Shown here: positions 16,301 through 23,800 of the stretch, one piece after another
Layout of the letters: the number at the start of each line of letters is the position of its first letter
Numbering within the stretch: the stretch's first letter is position 1
DNA from: Candidatus Iainarchaeum sp.
Lineage (GTDB): Archaea; Iainarchaeota; Iainarchaeia; Iainarchaeales; GCA-2688035
Length of the DNA: 38,438 bases
Assembly (NCBI GenBank): GCA_016932355.1
Contig: JAFGDB010000030.1
Coordinates: forward strand, 1-38,438
Reading direction: 5' to 3'
Position numbers and translations under genes: made by a program
Notes under the pieces: generated by a model
Told to the model about the DNA's origin: nothing
What the model saw: only the letters and a program-made list of their open reading frames with translations
Database searches by the model: none

Positions 16301-17595
16301 TCCTGGTCAAGGACCTTTACCTTTAGGTTGCCGCCGCAGTCGCTTGTAAACGGGCTTAGCTTGATTTGCTTTACTGTGCTGCTTATTGTCACATCGTGCA
16401 CTGTCTTGAGGCAGTATGCCTCGTGGTCCACTACAACGCTGTAGGTTGCATCCTGTGCAACAGGGAATTCAACAAGCCCGTTTTGGTCAGCGCTGCTTGC
16501 CTTTGAGTCAATTTCCTCGCTGCCAAGCCTTAGGAAAACGTCTGCGTCATCTACCGGCGCTGAAGTCCTTTCGTCAAGTATCCTGAGCTTTATGTATCCA
16601 ACCACGTTTCTCTCCAGGTGAAGCTGGATTGTTTTCTGCTCGTTTGGTGAAACGGAGAAGGAGGCTGACTCAACAGCAGCATAGCTTCCATAGCCGCTGC
16701 TTTTTACAATGTACCTGCCGGCCTGCCTTGTGAAAACTGCTTTTCCGTTTTCGCTTACTGTGCTTTCAATTGGCCCAACTGCTGTGCCTGTTGAGCTGTC
16801 TTCCCTGTAAAGGTATACTGTTGCCTGGTCGCTTACAAGCTCATTGTTAAATAAAAGCTCAACTGTTATGGTTGCGCTTCCTGAGATTGCCTCCTGCAGG
16901 TATATTGACTGGCTTCTCTGGCTTATTTCAATTGAGTCAAGGGGCTCAAAGCTGCTTGACCTCACGCTTGCAATAAGGCCGTTGCAGTTTGCAGGCTCTG
17001 TTACTGTTGTTGTTCCGCTTGCAACATTTACCTGCCAGGGTGCGATTGAGCTGTTCCTGCAGCTTAGCGTTATTGTTACTGCTTCCCTCACAGGCTGGCC
17101 AAGGCTGTCCTTCAGTGAAATTGTGTATGCCCTGTCTTCCTCGCTTTCAAGTGTAATGTGGTATGGCACTGTGGGCTGGCTTATGGTTATTGTCTGGCTG
17201 TATGAAACAAAGCCCTGTTTTGAAACCTCTATTTTTGCGCTTGCTTCAAATGGCAGCATAACCTGCCCTGTTTCCCCGCTTTGGTTTGTTTGCTGTGCAA
17301 AAACCTGCTGGCCATTGATTGAAACTGTTACTGTTGCCCCTTCCAGGGCAGCGCCGTCTGTGTCAATAACCTTGAATGAGAATGCTGCCCCCTGCGGCCC
17401 AAGCCCAGGGAAGAAAAACAGGCCGTATATAATGAGTATAACAACTATTGCAGCAAATAGTGCAAAGCTTGGGACAATCCTGTCAACTTTGTCAACAAGG
17501 CCTGCAATTGGTATTTTGCTGTCAATTTTGTCAATTGCAGCATACCATTTGTCCTCAAGCCTGAAGTATGTTTCTTTTAGCTTTTCCAGCGCCAT
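10390..17595 (-). CDS. Giant signal-anchored surface protein, paralog 2 (2401 aa)
   Basis: Uninterrupted 7,206-nt ORF. The ATG is preceded by GGAGG about 10 nt upstream. The N-terminus is MALEKLKETYFRLEDKWYAAIDKID...IVPSF plus a TM helix. CarboxypepD_reg-like repeats are present (e.g. GNLKVKVLDQDGRLVRNATVGLY...TDANGIATFKGAPSNDYKAFAF). Central motifs are AKWANIEWIG and FYRSWA. There is a Gly-rich hydrophobic insert. The C-terminal module carries IYCDATQFSI and AYLIKDAYTNDFREDF. Confidence 0.95.
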   Translation of the reverse strand: MALEKLKETYFRLEDKWYAAIDKIDSKIPIAGLVDKVDRIVPSFALFAAIVVILIIYGLFFFPGLGPQGAAFSFKVIDTDGAALEGATVTVSINGQQVFAQQTNQSGETGQVMLPFEASAKIEVSKQGFVSYSQTITISQPTVPYHITLESEEDRAYTISLKDSLGQPVREAVTITLSCRNSSIAPWQVNVASGTTTVTEPANCNGLIASVRSSSFEPLDSIEISQRSQSIYLQEAISGSATITVELLFNNELVSDQATVYLYREDSSTGTAVGPIESTVSENGKAVFTRQAGRYIVKSSGYGSYAAVESASFSVSPNEQKTIQLHLERNVVGYIKLRILDERTSAPVDDADVFLRLGSEEIDSKASSADQNGLVEFPVAQDATYSVVVDHEAYCLKTVHDVTISSTVKQIKLSPFTSDCGGNLKVKVLDQDGRLVRNATVGLYTESGFNAGFGTRVTDANGIATFKGAPSNDYKAFAFKGASSGWSEVEHFVQRSAEKTLITVVLTVENGNVRVRVIDKEGMPVQFAQVAFIDTGTNQVIGGGAKPVEDANGVVELETRADKKVYIVASKPGYANFTSVPKEVISLGTQNFTATLEKEILEGKPLIEFRGIYKNGKSAVTLAHGETYTALFNLRIPANRTYSRIGMHVRSGSQGIMELDEAVLRGINVPGIANVLKSTSYTPDEGYETDSQNESSDEAKWANIEWIGIGTGIVEAEVELKVKESFNETSISSGELEMFYRSWAIEDMAYKRDPYDSDLGEAESVAGKQGLYAKAKQEIFQMGAEKICDEKFCFSASMLDVEAGLIESANDSYNGDVFKEYKLSFTVLNNSEYETHSYYNAELRILNQDKGILLQNYKVYGAQSQLVEGNAAGNETAWISIGDMLPNNTASGTIVLTPQNSGGSVLTIQIRSMQRVQFEKSIAINAAAEKQLNVVVAPELLPSGTENELTVTARDMRTNAELENATVKIKDRFGTVIASKSTNRMGIAVLSLPSMQPAETVQLIVGKPSYETFERMLQVDEKVIVAKPATIGVSLNAKTAFEAENSFSIENKTAFSLKVRGMKLNGRFYGLIDEEKANNWLYGYVEETISADELKEMRLKTFLTEKGKKLEQSRNLEGQLDITVSNNGSEWLQTVPVKISIGLGGEVDDPSCFTVTRKDWKGTSEGNPIEIEFEVQNNCSMNGIPVKLENIAAKASWQTNQVGEFALRTADSAITLTSGYSKKFAGTLEPEQSMSIVLQFTPNGGVNGKGIATIVFEAENPTDTIRQELTDELTAEITVANLAECMAVSKEILIIKPENSDSFDVETVNCGSRNEVKLESELTLSSSTLTLNATDSKGVEVFSEKNMPGQYLIRVYAKNSDQVQYRLVKTVRARILSDKCLDLSRYEFDVFDNPENPYDGYDTAELTNNCYDKAVTATVKYDEHNWLDAMKTGLLYGLATGAMGQLGSGMQQPAPQAAGNIAAAGNAVTFEQFQQGRTVADAGGRKGVPVEIGGRTYFKPIDSENLVYDAQGNAYRVEKTGGILGFGATEKATIVSGSSYPTARTEQEEIVLGSAAGLALLGGGGSGLTGMLGNGLISGLGQSILGKPSFLGWGLQGFLAGTIIAYNQQDEGSFSFTKIERDVVYRDAELYMPGASIEDNALVETKSEDIVVFEPAKPEVSTEPKQEDRQLSIETRKLWFLNKESVVQPDPATPLFRILKVDNERREYKTEYDLDEKETPDLEVKERKDHKESFRLQFNAFDPLLIERISKPIPNCTLGNIVGTTGPSAVPKVSFSWDWGSISEDSCVEGNPDYIYCDATQFSIVALKKLHRLQEFIDKYKPFDCPSPASEAAAKEQPIKGTAYDIAITKIQANKAGQSDANIVMTIESNNSEPIPVSISVNLRNAGTGSLAKSCTKEMSVLSRKVANCEFTQLGDGLYTVQASITSELCSNCENSDTGNDSIEVQLYVGTGGVVECEPFNTKRLPLFIEATEAAGNAAWSNSEREQILDTIKFNAYLIKDAYTNDFREDFDMFCKQRSFFDCPDYYLEESTGLHKLFSDRESFKFDYSMAPHAPLDAGKYSVTLNIEFDNQDWQLFSGTEPDATVSVELVELAAPEPDSPFYYLPFDGLVGIDSENGRQGYGINFRQTSEQTIKINNSIFQPIATTNIANSTPVLDGWIDAGSSDSFRRLNLERKGILLDVQKQGAATNIMLSPSYATPVMMQVDYEKTEHAYAFYSIEVDNTPQTAFNRMLAWSGIGPNCVDFTGSPVTEAWQDTWDMHGGITGNLSCAVATDITDYGIEWCNPIRQGSVFLQTVVFTPQGKSSTMKKTTYSDDMSLITADSSGSQVALNGVPGMEYNSFGTSTIDSIEDVFELVRENKVCIIGADSRISNQFFWNPKAVLEELSQQRSLAEKECIKAS

Positions 17596-17634
17596 CCAGG
17601 GGAGCCTCCAATTTTACCTTGTTCTAATTAATTA

Positions 17635-17644
17635 ATTATATTTT
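17635..17644 (-). promoter_or_regulatory. Candidate TATA-like box (minus strand AAAATATAAT) upstream of giant gene 2
   Basis: An AT-rich box lies 40-49 nt upstream of the ATG at 17595, with a GGAGG SD-like site between them. It resembles the box at 3..12. Confidence 0.3.
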
Positions 17645-17852
17645 ACTATTATTAATTCTTTCCCATTGGCTGTCTAAATCCCTTTTTTGCCTGTTTTGCC
17701 CTTTTTGTTTCTTTCCCTTTGTTCAATTAAACGCGGTTTTTTGCCTAATCCAAGAAGGCATTTATTGCTATTATTATTTCCTTTCCATTAATAAATTTGC
17801 GCTTTGCCTGCCTGGTGCCTAAATCGGCAAAAATTGGTGAAGGAACACGGTC

Positions 17853-17877
17853 AGGCAGCTGCCTTTTTTCCGGAAAA
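17853..17877. promoter_or_regulatory. Two adjacent perfect 12-bp palindromes (AGGCAGCTGCCT and TTTTCCGGAAAA) just downstream of the giant gene 3 stop
   Basis: They were read directly at 17853..17864 and 17866..17877, separated by a single T, and lie 10-34 nt beyond the stop codon at 17887..17889. Function is unknown; a protein-binding site or 3'-end element is possible. Confidence 0.4.
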
Positions 17878-17886
17878 TTAGTGCTT

Positions 17887-20800
17887 TCAGCCTGAGAGCA
17901 GCTTGTCCTTGTTCCAGGCAAGCTCAATGATTTCATCGCCTGGCTTTACGCAGACCTGCTCTTCCTTTATCTTTTCAATGAATGAGGCCAGGGATGCCTT
18001 CTTTGATTCTATGGGTTCGTGCAGCTTGAGGTCAAGCTCGCCCTTCCTGTATCCTGCGCCAACATTTATTTCCTCTGCCGTATTCTCTGATTCAACTTTT
18101 GCGCTGCCCTGGCTGCAGTAAACCACGAGCTTGTATTCCCTTGCAAACGGCACAAATGCAATTCCCCTGAAGGTTTTCTGTGCTGTGAGCTGCTGCTGGA
18201 AGCCGTGCAGCGTAAGGTTGCCAATTTCCTTGCAGAGTGTCCTGCCTTGCTCTGGAGTGTGCTTTTGGTCTGCAAAGTCAGCAATTGTTTGGGGCTGTGC
18301 AGCTGGGGGAGTTCTGGTTGGTCCAGCAGGCGGCCTTGGTTCTGCAAGGCTGGCGCTTGATTTGGCCCTGTATGTGAACAGGCTTGGCTCATTACTTATA
18401 ATGCCCTGCTCTGTAGCGCTAATCTCGTAAAGCATGCCCTCTATCCCTGCTCCTGATACAGGGTTAAGCTCAATTTCCAAGGGGATTGCAACGCTTGGGT
18501 TGTATTCAAAGCTGCCCTTCCCTGCCTTGAGTATTGTTCCCTTGTTGGTTTTGTCAAATGTTTCCCCAAACTTGAAGTTCAGGCTTACAAGGCCCTTTGT
18601 TGTGCTTATCGGGCCTGCGTTGTCCTCCTCTGACCCATAGCTCAGGTATGTCTTTCCTGCTTCAGGCGCGTTTGAGAAGCTTACTCCATAGCCTTCCCTT
18701 GTAGCCTTGTCTGTCCCCTCCCCAAACCTGCCTACTTCCCCGTCAATCGGCAGCTCAAAGAACAGGTTCTTTGCATAGCTTTCATTTATTGCCGCAAGTT
18801 CCTTCTCCAAATCAAGCCCAGCATTCCACTGGGTTTCCGTGCCTGCGCTGAAAATGTATTTAATTGCAACATTGTAAAGCCCTGCCTCTGGCAGTGCGTA
18901 AGTGTACTGTTCTTTGCCCTTCTTTCCAAATGCCCATGCCCGTTCGTCCTCAAAGCTTGTGTAGTTAAGCAGGTCATCGCCGCTGCTTTCTAGCGCAAGC
19001 AGGCCGTACTTCAGCCTGAAGTCCCTTCTCAGGTCATAGCTGTAGCCGTCCTTCACAAGGTATGACTGGAATTCAATTGCCCTTTTCCTGAAATCATCAA
19101 AGCTTGCATAATTGTCTTCGCCTTGGGTTTCAGGCAGCTTCAAATTGCTGACAAGGGCTGCCTTTTCCATTGCCTCTTCCTTGCTTTCTTCACTCATGTC
19201 CTTTTCATGCAGCAGCCCTGCCTTGAAAACAGCCTTGCCCCAGACCTCTTTAAGCAAATCGCTTGAAACAGTTGCAACAGATATTTCAGTTCCATTGCCC
19301 TGTGTAACTATCTCTGGAAGAGTAACATCAATGTCCTGCACTGTGTTCCTTTCGGCTTCAGGCTTTGCCTTGAGCTTGTCATATACTGCCTTGTGGAACA
19401 GCCTGTATTCATTGAATGACATCACATAATTTCCCGCAGAATCCTTCTCTGCCCCAAAGCTTTCAAGCACTGTTTTCTGTGCTGTGTCCACCGCAGGGTC
19501 AGCTATTTCAACAACTATTGCTTCCCTGCTTTCGCTCTTCTCAAGCTCCTTGAGAAGCTCCTCTGTTTTTTCAATTATATCCCACCAGGCGCCTGCCTGG
19601 AAGCCCTTTACTGCCTCGGCCCTTGCCTTTACCGTTTCCGCAAATTCAATTGATTCATCCTCAAGTATTTTTCCGTCCTTCCCCTGGAAGAACACAAGGT
19701 CTTTTTTCAAATAGCCTTTTTGCTCTTTGCCTGGTATTGGCTGGTTGAACTTGTCCTCGATTTTTTGCTGCCTGTGAACCCACCTGAACAATTCTGCAGT
19801 GTTCATGTAATTGCTAATGCTGGTGTCATTGCTGCCTGTTGCTGCCTTGACATTTGCCTTGTTGGCTGTTTCCCAGTTGTTTTTGTTGCTTTCAACAAAC
19901 TGCTTTATGTCGTTTGCCTTTTTGTTCAGTTCAATGCTGAACTGCACTGCATCGCAGAATTTTTCACTGCCCTTGCTTTCCTTTGAATCGCACTCCTGCC
20001 TTTCAATGCTGTCCCATGCCCATTCAAATAGCAATTTGTCAAAGCCGTATTTTGTATAAGCTCCGCCTGTTTCCCCGCCCATGGCCTCACAGGTCTTTAC
20101 CTCTGTCGGCTTTATTGCAGGCTCTGCCTCAGTGCATTTTGTAACGTCAATCTGGCTTAATTCAACGCCATTGTTCAAAATATTTACCCTTACAGGAATG
20201 TTGAATGTTCTTGCCCTTGCCCACTGTGTCGGCCTGCTGAGGGTTGCCTCAACTGTTGTGCTTATTTTTGCGCACTGCACGTTCTTCATGCTGCTCCTGT
20301 CAACTGTTACCTCAATGTTCCAGTTGCCCTTCTGCAGGAGGTTCTGGCACTGGTTCGGAACTGCCCTGAAGTAGAGGGTTACACCGCTTTTTGCATCTGT
20401 GTAGCTGCCCTGCACTGTTTCAATGCTGTCTGTTCCGCTGCAGGGCGGCACCTTCAAAAGGTCCTGCTCCGGGGTAAACTTGTAGGTGTTTCCTGAAAAG
20501 CTCCCCTGGGGAACAAAGCCCTGGTTGTTTCCAAACCTTGAGGCAATGTCAAGGCCGTTTGCATTAATGCAAGCCATTGGGTCCTCGACTGCGCTGCCTT
20601 TGTCATTGCACTTCTGCATCAGTTCTGTTGGAATGCCGACCTGGCCTGCATTCCTCATGCACTGGTCAAGCGTTTCCCCATAACCCCACCAGTCGTTGAG
20701 TATTATCCTGAAATACTTTATGTCCTGGCCTCCAAATGGGTTGTAGTAGTAAACGTTTGCCGTTGCCCTTACCTCTGCCCTGTACTTTGCTGAGGTTGCA

Positions 20801-23800
20801 GTTGCCCTCAGCCCGTAAAGTGTTTCAAACGGCATCTGTGCCATGTATTCACAGAGCTGTTTCCTGTACTGTATGTTTGGCTTTACCTCAAAGTCAACAA
20901 CTTGGAGGGTTCTGCCTGTTTCCTCATCAAGCCCTGTCTTGTATTCGTCCACAAAGTAAACGCTTTCAATAAGCGGGCATGTTCCCTCATAGCCGTAAGC
21001 CTGCTGGTATGCCCAGTTGCTGCTTCCATAGGGGTATGCCCCCATTGGGTTGTAGTACCCCTGGGTTGCATTTCCCTGCTGGCTTGTGTAATAGCCCGGG
21101 CCGAGAATTCCGTTTGTTGCCCTGTACTCATTTGCTGAGTAGGGCTGCCCGGTGAGCGGGTTTGGCATGTTGCCCATTGGCGCCTGGTTTATGTAACCTG
21201 AGGTTTGCGTAAACGGGTTTGGGTATGCCTGAAGCATAATCTTTTCCTGCTGTTCCTGGCCTTCGCTGAGCTGGAATGTGTTTATCTGCTGGCCTGGAAC
21301 CTGGCATGCAAAGTCTATTATCTTGCCTGCCTTTGGCAGCCTCACGCCAACGTCATAGCAGTAGTTGAATACTGATGCATCCTGCGGCCTGCCGACGAAA
21401 TCACTGAGGTTTATGTTGTCCGTGCTTAAGTGTATGCATTCCTCGTCTATCTCGCCTGGCCTGCTTACAATTACATCAACTGTTCCAACCTTGTAAGGGT
21501 CTTCTTGCCCCTTCTTGAGCTTGGCTGTTACGTCAATTGTGTATTTACCCATCCTGTAGCCTGCCTCAATTTTCACTGTCTTGTCTGTGTCTGGGTCAAG
21601 CGAGAAGCTGTCAGAGTCTGTCCTTATCCTTGATGGAACGTCCAAATCAATTTCAACAGCCTCTTCGCATGTGTTCTTTACAATGAAGTTGCTTTCGCCA
21701 AAGCCGTACATCCAGCTCTGGTCTTCCCCCTGGTCATAATACCTTGTGTAGTATGAGGTGTCAAACTGCGAGTATGGGTATGTGCTTCCGCCGTACATGC
21801 TTCCATACCCTGTTCCATATCCTCCATAAGCGCTTCCATATCCTGACCCATAGCTGCCGTATGTTCCGTAGCTGCTTGCATATCCGCCAAGGCCGTTCTG
21901 CGTGTATGGGCTGTATCCGTATCCTGCGCTGCTTCCGTAAAGCCCGTAACCTAAATTCATTGGAACTGTTTCAACCATTACCGGGCTTTCCGCATCTATC
22001 TTTACGCATTCTGAAAGCTTGCTTATGTGTATTTCTGTCGGAAGCCCTAATTCAATCTTTTCATCGCCTCTCTCTGTAATGTTTGTTGCCCTGAATTCAA
22101 TCTTTGGCTTTCCTGATGCTGAGTCAATTGAGCTGTTTGGGGTGAATGTTAATTTTATGCTGCCTTCAAACTCTTCCGGCAGCACGTCTGCAAATGTTGA
22201 GTATGCTTCTGCAAGCGTGATTTCGTTTGCTTCAGGCAGCTCCTCGCTGCTCAGCACGAATTTTCCCAGCCCGTTTTCGTTTCCTGATGCAATCCTTGCC
22301 TCAAAGTCCTTAAGCGCAATGGTTTTCCCGTCCACAGTGCAGTCATTTACCAGTGTAAATTCCTGGCTTTCGCTTTTGTCCTGGCCTGTTATAATTTCCC
22401 ATTTGACTGGCTCTATGCCCAGGCATTCTCCCTCATCCACCTGCTCGCCCAGCCCAATCCTGATTGTGATTGGTATTTCCTGCAGGAAGCTTGCTGATGC
22501 CTTTTCGCTCCTGACTGTTATTGTCAGGCTGCCCTCCATCTTTGCCGGCCTTTCAATAAGTGCGCCTTCCTCTGTAAGCTTCAGCGTCAGGAAGATGTTA
22601 AGGTCTGCGTTTTGCTTTATCTCTGCCCCAAGGTAGTCATCATACCATTCAAATTCAACAAGGTCGTTGCCAAAGCCGTTGAAGCTGAACCTTGTAATTG
22701 TAAGGTCGCTTATTGTCTGGTTGCTTAAGAGTATTTCTTTTTCTATTTCGCTGAGGTAATTGTCAAGCTTTTCGTTTATTTTTGGGGGGCTTACAATAAG
22801 TATTTGCTGGTCTACCTTTGTTTCAAGCTCTGCTTTCCTGTAGCCTGTTTTTTCCGCCCTTACAAGCAGTGTTGCGCCTGTTGCAGGCGCTTCCAGGTTG
22901 TATTCAACCCTGCCCTGGCCGTCGCTTTCTGTTGATTTAAGCAGCACTTCATCCAAGTAAATGCTTACAATTGCGTTGCTCACTGTTTTGCCTGTGCTGT
23001 CACTAACCTTTACCAGAATTTCGTTGTCTATGAGCGGCATTACCTCTTTTGGAATCATTTCAAGCCTCAGCTCCTCTGCCGCTGCAACCCTTACATTAAT
23101 TGCTTCATTCAGCACAGGCTGGTTGTTTGACTTTATGGCAATTGTCAGCGGGTTGTTTCCCTCTTTCTCTGTTTCAAATTCAATTGACCCATATACAACG
23201 CTGTCGCTCTCCATGTTTCCAATGGGCTTTGAAATGCTGTATCCTTCAGCTTTCCCGCTGCTTTCAAGGCCTGTTGCATCCTTTATGCTGTATTCCCCAA
23301 ACCTCAGGCCGTCTGTTTCGCTTCCAAACTCTATTTCGCAGTTTGTAAAGGCCTGCTCGTTTATGCTGCTTATTGTAAAGTATAGCTTGTAGCTGCTTCC
23401 AATTGTTGCGTCGTATTCCTGCACAACATTTATCCTTGTCCTCTTTGCAAGGTCCTCTATGCTGAAGCTCTTGCAGAATGCCTCATTGCACAGGTTTGTT
23501 GGGCCTGCTGATGCAGCAAGGTAATTTGCATTGGCATACAATGCCTGCTTTTCAGAGGTGCTTTCTGCCCCTGCAAGCTCGTTGTCTTTTGGGTACCTTG
23601 TGTAAATGCCTTTTTTGCCCCATGCCCTATACCACATTGGCAAAAGCTGGCCTATTCCTGCGCTTTCCTTTACCTGCACTTCAACCTCTGCAGCGTATGC
23701 GCCTGCGCTGGCATTCTCCCACATGATGTTTGCCCACTTGCTGTCGCCTGTTGTTAAATGAATAGCATCTGTTGGATACCCTTTTGGCGGCGTAAAGGAT

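Noticed and set aside
17745-17936. 63-aa minus-strand ORF in the giant 3 / giant 2 spacer.
   Set aside because: It overlaps the last 50 nt of giant gene 3 in another frame. It has an odd composition and no SD or TATA context, and most likely arises by chance in an AT-rich spacer.
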